From a virus (Duplodnaviria > Caudoviricetes), in IMG/VR virus record IMGVR_UViG_2851870198_000001, positions 1 to 64,000 of that record: DNA of 64,000 bases; one strand, 5' to 3'. Positions 26,653 to 36,200 of the stretch are shown one piece after another. A program made the translations under genes and the position numbers. The notes under the pieces were generated by a model. That model had not been told where the DNA came from and searched no databases. It worked only from the letters and a program-made list of their open reading frames with translations. The number at the start of each line of letters is the position of its first letter. Positions within the stretch are counted from its first letter, which is position 1.

Positions 26653-28710
26653 TCAGAGAGCGAGGCCTGCGAGGGCTGCCTTCACCTCGGCGGGGTCGAG
26701 AGTCACCTCGTCGACCTCTTCGTCGGCCGGGGTGTTCCCCGGGGGAACAGCCGCCGGCTCGGTGTCGGCGTAGGGGATCTCGTCGTCGCCCACGGCCGCG
26801 GCCGTGTCCTCGGGGTAGTCGTCGTAGTCGACCTCGTTCTCGGGGGTGTCCTCGTCGTCGTCCCAGCCGTCGGTGACCGTGTACTCGCCCAGCCAGTCGT
26901 CCCCGCCGTCGGGCGCCTTGTCCATGGGCAGGCCCTTCTTCGTCAGGGCTCGCAGCAGCTTGTCGACGGTGGGCTTGAGGCCTTCCAGGTGCTCGGGCGT
27001 GGCGTCGGACACCTCGATCAGGGTGGCGGCGTCGTCCAGGGCGCGGCCGGTCGGCTGGATGTAGCGGGCGTGCACGGCCTCATCGACGCCCACGGGCCGT
27101 TCCACACCGGTGATGGGCGTGGCGACGGTGGTGAGCTTGACGGGCACGGGCACGCCGAGCGCCACGTCCCGGCCCGACGTGGTGTACGGGATGGAGTAGG
27201 ACTGCTCCCCGTCGTCGTAGCGGGTCACGATGACCCGGTCCGGGTAGGTCGCCTCGACACTCACGTAGCACTCGGCCGGCCCGGTGGGCCCGCTCGGGTA
27301 GTCGCCTTCCTTGCCGGAGGAGAACAGGGCGCGCGCGGCCTTGGCGAGTTCGTCGCGGATCTGCTCGAACGAGTAGGGCATGGGGCTGGTCATGATGCGC
27401 TCCGGGAGGTGAACGGGCTGAGCGGACTTGGCTTCGAGGACGACGCGCGCCGCCGACTTGGTCTCTGCGGCGTGGGTGGCGGGCTTGCCGCGGTTCTTGT
27501 CCCAGCCGCCGGAGGCCTTCGCCTCCACCACGATCCGGGCCGCGGACTTCCCTTCCAGCGGCGGGGCCGGGTCGCGCGTCGGACGGCCGGCGGGCTCACG
27601 CTGCGGCCGCGGGGCCGGGGCGCGCGCGGGTTCCTCCGTCGGGGTGTCGCCGAGCGGGATCTCGAACTCGTCCTCCCCGCGCACGACGTGCACGCTCGAG
27701 AAAGTCACTGGCGTGGACGGCACCGGCGGGATGTCGGGCAGGCTGTAGCCGAGGGTGATGTGCGGGGTGAACCCGTGATCGTCCCGGACCGCTTCCGAGT
27801 AGACGGACGTGGCCAAGGCCTGCGTGACGTACTGCCGCAGCTCGGCCAGGCCGGGCACGTCCACGGGTACCCAGGTGGGTTCGCCGTCCCCGCTGTCGGG
27901 GAAGCGGCCGATACCGCCGATGCTGCCTGTCAGCGGCCCGCTGTCGGCGACGGCCGGGGTGACGATGTCCCGCAGGTCGTCCGGGTGCCCGCCGAGCTCC
28001 CCCACGCTGCCGAGGTAGGCGAGCGTGATGTGCAGGTGCTCGGCCGCCGTGCCGTCGGGGTGCGCGATCTTCTCGGCGACGTCGCGGGGCACCTGCAACG
28101 CGACCATCACCCCGTCGCCGACTTGCTGCTCCGCCGCTTTCAGCTCGACAGCCGACCAGGTCGCTTTGAGCTCCATGGGCCGGCCCTGCTGCGTGCTGGC
28201 CGCCTTGACCTCGATGCTTCGTGTCATCGGGTGCGCGCCGTGCAGGACGGGGCTGATCTCGTACAGGTCCAGGTCGTTGATGATGCGTACGCCGTCGTGC
28301 CGCTTGGACGCGCCGCCCGGGGGGACCTTGAAGCCGATGGAGAACTGCGCCTCGCCGTTCTCGTGCCACTGCATCACCTGCTCGTAGGCGTCGCGGCCGC
28401 GGGTGGTGCGCAGGTTGTACTGGACGGTGGCGACCAGCGCACCGGCGGCCGCGGGCCACACCGCGCCGCCCGGGATGGACGCGAAGCGGGGGTCGCCCGG
28501 CATCCATTCCTCGACGGACAGGACGCTGCCGACCGGTTCCTTCCAGTCGTGGTGCCAGACCGGTTTCACGCGGCGCGAGTTGAGGGTGCGGGTGAACGCT
28601 CCGGGGAGGATCAGGTCTTCGACGTCGTCAACCACGCCGGTCACGGCGTAGATGGCGCGGACGATGCCCTTCTTCCCGCGGCGGCGGACGGTGGGCGGCG
28701 AACTCGGCAC
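26653..28710 (-). CDS. HK97-family prohead protease fused to a 2H phosphoesterase (2'-5' RNA ligase/Acb1-like) and an acidic tail
   Basis: Protease motifs DLILPGAF, WHHDWKEPVG, FSIGF, LYEISPVLHGA; 2H motifs HITLAYLG (28021-28032) and FTPHITLGY (27751-27762). Confidence 0.88.
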   Translation of the reverse strand: MPSSPPTVRRRGKKGIVRAIYAVTGVVDDVEDLILPGAFTRTLNSRRVKPVWHHDWKEPVGSVLSVEEWMPGDPRFASIPGGAVWPAAAGALVATVQYNLRTTRGRDAYEQVMQWHENGEAQFSIGFKVPPGGASKRHDGVRIINDLDLYEISPVLHGAHPMTRSIEVKAASTQQGRPMELKATWSAVELKAAEQQVGDGVMVALQVPRDVAEKIAHPDGTAAEHLHITLAYLGSVGELGGHPDDLRDIVTPAVADSGPLTGSIGGIGRFPDSGDGEPTWVPVDVPGLAELRQYVTQALATSVYSEAVRDDHGFTPHITLGYSLPDIPPVPSTPVTFSSVHVVRGEDEFEIPLGDTPTEEPARAPAPRPQREPAGRPTRDPAPPLEGKSAARIVVEAKASGGWDKNRGKPATHAAETKSAARVVLEAKSAQPVHLPERIMTSPMPYSFEQIRDELAKAARALFSSGKEGDYPSGPTGPAECYVSVEATYPDRVIVTRYDDGEQSYSIPYTTSGRDVALGVPVPVKLTTVATPITGVERPVGVDEAVHARYIQPTGRALDDAATLIEVSDATPEHLEGLKPTVDKLLRALTKKGLPMDKAPDGGDDWLGEYTVTDGWDDDEDTPENEVDYDDYPEDTAAAVGDDEIPYADTEPAAVPPGNTPADEEVDEVTLDPAEVKAALAGLAL
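26733..26749. promoter_or_regulatory. parS-like palindrome inside the protease CDS tail
   Basis: TGTTCCCC-G-GGGGAACA (VPPGNT on the minus strand). Confidence 0.6.
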
Positions 28711-28767
28711 GGCGGGTTCCTCCAGGGGCGGGCGGTGCGGGGAGTGGCACCGTGCCCCTGCCGGAGG

Positions 28768-28783
28768 GTTAGCGTCCTGCCGT
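28768..28783 (-). promoter_or_regulatory. Late-promoter element upstream of the protease gene
   Basis: ACGGCAGGACGCTAAC, 13-nt spacer, then CACGGT. Confidence 0.55.
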
Positions 28784-28808
28784 GCTGCCCGTCACAGGCC
28801 GCAGGGGA

Positions 28809-29441
28809 CTACTCCCACGGCTTGCCCTTCTTCCCGCCGCCCGGGCGCTCCTCGTCCTCTTCCTCGTCGTCGGGGTCCTCCTCGTCGGGGTCGGCGCCGT
28901 CGGCCGGGTCGCTGTCCTCCTCGGCATCCGGGTCCTCGTCCTCGGGGAACTCGTCCGCGGCCGCCGGGTCGGACGGAACGACCTCGTCGGCGGTGCCGTA
29001 GTCCAGCTCAAGGCCGCCGCCGTCGCCCGCGGCCGGATCGCCCGCGGCGGGGTCCCCCGCTGCCGGATCCCCGGCGCCGGGCTGTCCGCCCGTGCCGCCG
29101 GTCTGCGCCATACCGGCGTCGTCCACGTCGATCGCCCACGCGTCCGGGTCGGCGTACCGCCACACCTGGCCCGTCTCGTCGCGGACCCAGCCCGTGAGCG
29201 TCCCGTCCACGGCCTTGTCCAGCCACGCCTCCTGTCCGGCGTCCCCGGCGAACGACGCGAAGGCCTGCGCCGGGTCGGTCTCGTCGCCTTCGTCGTAGGC
29301 GTCACCGGCCCACGGGCGGGCGTCGTCCTGGTGCGGCGGCTGGAGCTCCGGCGGCTGGCCGGCGCCCTGGCCCTGGTCCTGGTACGGCGCGGCCGGGTCG
29401 TCGGACTGGGGCAGCGCCTTCACGGAGAATCTGTAGTCCAC
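28809..29441 (-). CDS. Very acidic hypothetical head-module protein (210 aa)
   Basis: GTG 29441 lies 26 bp below a promoter element (29467-29482); Trp-rich core, GDPAA repeats, Asp/Glu tail. Confidence 0.65.
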   Translation of the reverse strand: MDYRFSVKALPQSDDPAAPYQDQGQGAGQPPELQPPHQDDARPWAGDAYDEGDETDPAQAFASFAGDAGQEAWLDKAVDGTLTGWVRDETGQVWRYADPDAWAIDVDDAGMAQTGGTGGQPGAGDPAAGDPAAGDPAAGDGGGLELDYGTADEVVPSDPAAADEFPEDEDPDAEEDSDPADGADPDEEDPDDEEEDEERPGGGKKGKPWE

Positions 29442-29524
29442 GGGCCGCAGCGTCGGGTCCGCGGCCGCTTGCGTCTCGGCCTGATCCCCTGCCGCGGCCG
29501 CCGCCGGGTCGTTACTCTCAACGC

Positions 29525-29767
29525 ATGACTGTCTTGACGGTGTCCGTGGATGACGGCCTGGCGGCCGCGGTCCAGGAAGAGGCCCGGCGGCACGCGCTGC
29601 CGGTCGACGACTACGTGGCGGCGGTGCTGCGAGCCGCGCAGGCGCCGGGCGGCGGTGACCGCGATGAGCGGGCTCTGGAGCTGGCGCGTGCCTCCTTCGC
29701 ACGGTGGGACGCCGACGGCCGACCGCAGGACGACGCGATGAGCATGGCGGAGGTCTTCGGCCGGTGA
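29525..29767 (+). CDS. Putative RHH/CopG-type antitoxin
   Basis: MTVLTVSVDDGLAAAVQEEARR strand-helix-helix pattern; C-terminal MSMAEVFG; GTGA overlap with the next gene. Confidence 0.6.
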   Translation: MTVLTVSVDDGLAAAVQEEARRHALPVDDYVAAVLRAAQAPGGGDRDERALELARASFARWDADGRPQDDAMSMAEVFGR

Positions 29768-30012
29768 CAGCCGTCCCCGCACGGTTCGCGGCCCACGTCG
29801 GCCAGACGATCCGTGACCTTCCTGCCGTCGACCGGGAAGAGCTGCACGAGGCGATCGTCCGCGCGTGCGAAGACCCGTGGTCGTGGCCTCAGGCCGACAA
29901 GTACGAGATGGACGAGGCGGTGCGCGTCATCACAACGCGCGCCGCCATCGTCCACTACGTGATCATCCCGGGCGCTGAGCCTCACCTGTGGGTGTTCGCC
30001 ATCACCGTCTGA
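29764..30012 (+). CDS. Putative RelE/ParE-fold toxin (82 aa)
   Basis: IRDLPAVDREELHEAIVRACEDPW followed by three beta strands (IVHYVI...LWVFAI). Confidence 0.55.
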   Translation: MTAVPARFAAHVGQTIRDLPAVDREELHEAIVRACEDPWSWPQADKYEMDEAVRVITTRAAIVHYVIIPGAEPHLWVFAITV

Positions 30013-30235
30013 CCTCGGCGACAGACGTCTCACGCCGCAGCAGCGCCAGCACCGCCGCACTGTCCTTCGGGTCGAGGTCCCGCCGCGGCCCGAGGGGGCC
30101 GAGCAGCACCGGCGAACCGGCGAGCTGCTCGACCATCGCCCTCACGCGGCGGGAACCGGCGACCGGCGCCCCGCCCGGGCCCGGAATCCGAACCTTGTAG
30201 GCGGAACCGTCCTCCAGCGTTCCCGTCACCATCAT
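30002..30235 (-). CDS. Small hypothetical protein directly downstream of the giant gene
   Basis: AAGGAG RBS overlapping the stop of the giant gene; 77 aa. Confidence 0.65.
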   Translation of the reverse strand: MMVTGTLEDGSAYKVRIPGPGGAPVAGSRRVRAMVEQLAGSPVLLGPLGPRRDLDPKDSAAVLALLRRETSVAEVRR

Positions 30236-30247
30236 GTGTCGTGCTCC

Positions 30248-33200
30248 TTATCGGGTGGCGAGCAGTCCCATGAGGAACGCCCGCAGGTCGTCATCCCGGT
30301 ACCAGTCGCCGGAGAACATCGCCGCGAGCCCGCGGGCCACGATCTCGTCCTCCACCACCTGGTCCCCGCCGAACAGCCGCTCCAGCAGCACGTCGACCGA
30401 GGAGCGCCGCGCCCCGGGCCGGCCGGTGTGCGTCCGGACGAACCCGAAGGTCTCCTGAGCGGCCTGCAGATCCGGGTAGTGCTGCTGCAGGTGAGCCAGC
30501 AGGGCGTGCGCCGCGGTGCTGCGGCCGCCGTCGCCGAGGTCGGCGACCGTGGCCGTGCCACTGTCCACGTCGTAGCCGCCTGCGTCTCCGCTCACCGCGG
30601 TCAGGAACACGGCCGACCGGTCGGCCAGCCAGTCCCGCGGGACGTACCGGGAGGCGTCCACCAGCGCCCGCGACGCTTCCGCATCGCTGCCAGTGCTCAG
30701 GGTCAGCCGGTCACGACCGGCCGGGCCCATCTCCCGCACCTCGGCGAGCGCGTCACGGACCGCTTCCGGCAGCGCCGCACGGTACGCGTCGTGAAGCCGG
30801 GCGGCTTCCTGCCGCGCGTGCTGCGCCTCCAGTCGGGCCGCGTCGATCTCCGGACCCAGGTCCGGCGTCCCGCCGGCAGCCGCCGCCTGGAGGTCCCGCA
30901 GCCGGGCATCCGCCCGTGCCGCATACCGGCGGGCGTGCCGCACCGTGCCGTGCGGGTCGTCGCCGAGCTCCGGCGCGGCCGCCGCGAGACGGGCGATGAC
31001 CTCGCCGTCCACGTCGCTGCCGGCCGCCCGCACCGCGGCGAGGTGCCGCAGTGCCTGCGCGCCCGGGCCACGGTCGGCCGCCCGGTCCGCAGTCCACCGC
31101 ATGCCGTCCTGCACCGCAGGCATCTGCCCGGCGGCCAGCGCCGTCCGGGACGCCCGCCGGTACCAGCGGGCACGCCGCGACACCTGACCGAACCGGCCCG
31201 GGACGGGCAGCAGCCTGCCCCAGTGCGCCATGCGTTCCGCCAGCGACAGCCCGTCCGCAGGACGCGGAAGGGACCGCTGCAGGCGGCGCAGGCGGCGCGT
31301 CTCCGGCCACGACCGCACGCGGCGGGCCAGGCCCTTCACGAACCGGCCCACAGCCCGCGCCGCGCTCATCGCCGCGGCGGCGAGGCCCTTGAGGAACGCG
31401 GCCACCAGCTCCACCACCCGACGGCCGATCTGCACAAGCGCCGCCAGGATTCCCGGCATCTGCGAGTCAGGCAGGTGCCCGGCGATCCGGCGGGCGGCCG
31501 CATCCCGAGAGTCCGCCATCTGCCCGGCCAGACGCGCCACGATCTGAGCGCGCCGTTCCGGAGTGAGCGGGCCGTCGTCCAGATCATGCAGAGCGCCCGT
31601 GACCGCGTCGCTGACGTGGCTGCTCACCTCGTCCGCGACCCGGCCCGCCGCCGGACCGTCGCCCTCGTTGAGGCTCGGCTCGGTCCTGTTGCGAAGCGAC
31701 TCCGGGATGAGCCGCAGCAGCTCCGCCGCGCGCTTCGCGGTGTCCTCAGGGGTTTCCCCGTCCAGCGGCTCCAGGTCGTCCAGGGTGCGCACCGCGGCCC
31801 GCACCGCGGCGGTACGGGCTTGCGCCGCCGCGCGCCGCATCCCGGCCAGGAGCCGGGTCCGGTCGTCCCCGGTGACCCCGGCAAGGTCGACCTCGGCCGT
31901 GAGGTCCCGCCGCAGGTTCTGCAGCGCGTCCCTCAGCGCCTCGGTGGTGACCTTCTCGGCGATCTGCTGCCGCAGGGCGTGGATGCTGCCCGGGATGGTG
32001 GTGCCCTCGATGGCGCTGTCCACGACGGCGCGGGCCACCGCGTCGGCATAGTCGTTCTGCACCGTGTCCCAGTTCGGGGCCGGGTTCGGGTTCCGCGAAC
32101 CGTCCGTGCCCGCGGCCGGGGTCGGCGTAGGTGCCTGCGGCTCCACGTCCGGCTCGGGCAGCTGGTACAGCGCGTCGCCGGAGGCGAGGGTCCGCTTGGA
32201 GCGGATCCCGTCGCCGTCCTCGACGGTCAGCACCCGCATCCCGCCGGCGGCCTCCTGGATGTGCACGACGCGGTACGCCGCCATCTCGTCCGGGTTGTCC
32301 TCGCTGGGCAGGGCGATGATGTCGCCCTCGCCCACCGAGCCGACCGTGCCGGGCTCCGGCCGCCCCTCCGACACGCCCGCATCCGGAGTGCCAGCCCGTC
32401 GGCTGAACTCGGCAGGCTCAGTGCCGTTCTTCAGGTGGGCGAGCACGTCTCGGATCGCGTCCGGCTTCAGGCCGTATATGCCCTTCAGCATGGACTCGAA
32501 CATCCAGTCAGGCGTGCCGAGATTGGTCGTCTGGCTGCGGGCGTACGTGGCCTTGGCCTGTTCCCACGCCTCCCGCGAGATTCCGTCGATGTAGTTGATC
32601 TGCGGGTTGAGGGGGTTCGGTGCCCGCCTCTTTCCGCCGATCACCACGTCTTCGGGAGCCGTGTCCGAGGTGGTCCCGGCGGCTTCCCCGGACGGACTGG
32701 CCGCCCGGTCCAGGTGGTCAGCGGCCCGCTTGGCGGCGCGGCCCTCCGGCGTGGCCGGGTCGGCACCCTCGCGCAGGTCGTCGGCCAGGGCCGATGCTTG
32801 CTGCGGGGTGACCGGCAGGTCCTGCCCGATTCGGGCCGCGGCCTGCTCGGCGTCCGGGTCGCTGGTCGCCGAGGCGCTGCGGTCCGTGGCGGCGTCCCGC
32901 TCCTCCGGGGAGAGCTGCGGGTCGACCGTCGGCCCGGTCACCGGCTCCACGTGCGGCTTCGGCTCGTGGGAGGTGATCGGCTCGGCGGGCTTCGGAGTGT
33001 CCTCCGGCGCGAGGTCGGGGGCGCCGCCCTGGGCGTCGAGCGCGCGGTCGACGGGCGTGCCGTTGGGCACGGCCTGCCAGTCCGTTTCACCGGTGTCGGG
33101 GTCGTCCGAGCCGATGAGGGTGGTCTCCTCGTCCCGCTCGATGCCGGTGATCTTCGTGGGGTGGCCGTCGCGGACCATCACGTCGCCCTCCCGCAGGTCC

Positions 33201-36200
33201 CCGGCGGTAACCCGCTCCACGCGGGCCACCTTCGGCTGCTGGTCGGAGGAGTCTGCGGTGCCGCCCAGGACCCGCAGGCCCGTGACCGGCATGGGGGTCA
33301 TGCCGTCGGGGGTGGCGACGGTCGCGGTGTCGCCGTCGACCTCTTCCACGGTGCCGAGCATGTTGCCGTCCCGGTCGCCGACCACGTGGCCGACGTCGAC
33401 CCGGTGCCCGTCGGGCGTCCACCCGGCGGGCCGGGCGGCGCCGCCGTCGGTGACGTTCAGCGAGCTCGGCGCCTGGACGTCGTCGGTGCGGTCATCCCCG
33501 AAGCGGACCTGCACCGTGGCGGCGTTCGCGCCGACCACCACGCCGTCGTTGCCGCGGGAGTCGGTGACGAGGGAGCCGGGGAACAGGCCGTTGCCGCTGG
33601 CGTCCGTGGCTACCCGGCCGGAGATCCGGCCGGTGAGGACGTCGGAGTCGGCGCCGGTGCGCGGGGATCCTTCTGTGACGGTCGTGTCGTCGCCGTCGCG
33701 GGTGGCGCGGGCCGCGGCCGCGTCCGGGCTCACCCACACGGGGCTGCCCGCACCGTCGGGGGTGTCGGAGATCAGGATGCGGTGCTTGTCCTGCATCTTG
33801 CGGCCCTGGGTCGTCTGGATCTCCCTGGGCCCGTCCACGACGTATCCGGCCAGGGTCCGGGTGGTGCCGCGCTTGGTGGTGCCATCGACGCGGACCAGGT
33901 CGCCCATGCCGAGGTCGGATACCCGCACCCACTCGGCGGGCCGGCCACCGACCGGCTCCGGCGGGGCAGGCGGCTCGTCCGTGCCGGTGTCCGCGGCGGG
34001 TGCCTCACTCTGCTGCGGACGGGACGCCGGGGCCCCGCCCGTACCCGTGCCGGTGCGCTCGCCCGACTGCGGGCCGCTGCCCGTGCTGCGGCTGCCCGCC
34101 GCCGTGGGGGAGGCGTCCGTACCGCGGGCGGGAGCGTCACCGCTGCGGGAAGCCGCACCGCCCTGCGACGGTGCAGCCGCGCCGCCCGTGACCGGAGTGT
34201 CCTCCGACCGGGCCGGAGCCTGACCGGACGGGGCCTCGCGGTCCTGGGACGTAGCCGAACCGCCAGCCCGGGCGTCCCGCTGCCCGGGCTCCGGGGAACC
34301 AGCGTCAGGCGCCGAGCTGCTGCCCGGGGCCCGGTCGAGGCCGTTGGGGTGGTCGAGGCGAGAGGTCTCGCCGAGCTGCCGCCCGTAGGTGTGCTCATCC
34401 AGCGGCAGGCGGACATCGCCCGCAGCCATCAGCCGGCGCACGTTCTCATCGGCGGGGATGAGGAACGTCGAGCCGCCGACGCCGTACTGGCTGCGCGGGC
34501 TCGGGGACAGGGCAATGCGCCGCGCATTTGTCCGCTTGCCGTTCTGGGTGATCGTCGCCCGGGCGGGCTTGCCCACGACGTAGCCGATCTGGTCACCCGT
34601 CGCCCCGGGGTACAGGCCAGTGATGCGGCCCGACAGGCGGACGATGTCGCCCGGCTGGAGCTCGCCGACCGGCACGCTCACCGCGCGGCTCTCGCCGCCG
34701 TCGGCCTTGAGCTGGTCGAGGAACTGCTTGGCGGCACGATCCTGCCGGTGCTGATGGTGGGTCGCCCGCGGGTCCTCGGGTCGCAGGGAGTTGAGCGCAT
34801 CACCCAACATCCGGGCGAGCGAACCAGGGCCGACCATGTGGCCCTTGCCCTGCTCACTCTCGGGCTCCTTGTAGTGCGTGGAGTCGAGCCACAACAGCTC
34901 ATCGTGGGCGTGGGCCAGGTCGTCCGCCACGTTGCCACTGGGGGACTCGCCCCGCCCGAGCTGGGCGAGGTGAGCGCGCAGCCCCCGGTAGCGGCGCATG
35001 TCGTCGGCGTTGTCCTCCAACGACGGGTAGCCGCGGAACTCATCGTCGGGGTTGAACGCGAGGCCGTTGTCGTACAGAGCGATGCCCCGGGCCAGCCGTT
35101 CCGGCACGACGCTCAGGTCGGGCTCCCCTCGCTCCTTGTCCCGCAGTACGAGGTTGGCGATGGCCGCCTCACGGGTGGAGAAGTTGATCCCTCGGCTGTC
35201 CCACGGCTCCTGACTCCACCAGACCTCTTCCGGGTTGTCGGCGTTGACGAAACGGTGCGGTGCGAACAGACGCCCGATGAAACGGCCGTTGCGCCACACC
35301 TGCTCTCCCTGGTCGGCCTGGAGTGCAGGGGTGGGTGCGGTGCCTTCCTCGGCGAGCTCCCGCATCCGCTCCGGCGACCCGAAGAGCACACGCTCACCCT
35401 CCGCGCTGATGATCTCCTTCTCGCCCGTCGCGTACTGCTCCCGCATCTCGTCCGTGCTGGGCACGCGCGGGATGTCGCCCTGCGGCGCCGCCGGACCCGC
35501 GCCCACGCCATCCGTACGGCCGCCCGTGCTGGTGCCGTCAGGGGCGTTCGCCGTGGCGCGGGAACGCGCCACGTAGTCCTCGGTCGGCATGTCGACGTCG
35601 TCGGCCCGGGCCAGGAGACTGCCGGTGCCGTCGGCAGGCACCTGGACGGTCATCTCGTGGCGCGGCGTCACCCGCTGGGCGTCGGGGTTGTCGTCCCACG
35701 GAGTGGAGCCAAGGCGGAGTTGCCAGACCCGTTCCTTCTGCCCGTCACGGGTGCGGGTGACCCGTTTCGGCGTACCACGCAGGTAGCCGCTGTACTCGGT
35801 GTCGTTGATGTCCCACGACGGCCGCTTGCCCATGACGCGGACGACGTCGCCCGGACGCAGGTCCCGGATCGGCGTCGCGGTGCCCGCAGAACCGGACTCC
35901 TCAAGCGCCTGGAGAGCCTTCCACGCGGCCCGCGCCTTGCTGATCTGGTGGTGTGAGGCCCGCGGGTTGTCCGGCCGGATGGTGTTCAGCAGGTTCCGCA
36001 GGTTCGCCGCGTCCGCGCCGGGCTTCCAGAACTCGTCACGGTTGGGCTTGTAGCGGCCCGTCACCCAGTCGAGTTCGTCGATCGCCTGCGAGATGTCGTC
36101 GGCGACGTTCCCGCTGGCCGGACGCCCCGCGCGCAGGTCTTCCAGCAGCCCGCTGAGCGCCCGCCAACGCTCGCTCTCCTCCGGGGTGAGGTCCAGCCGG

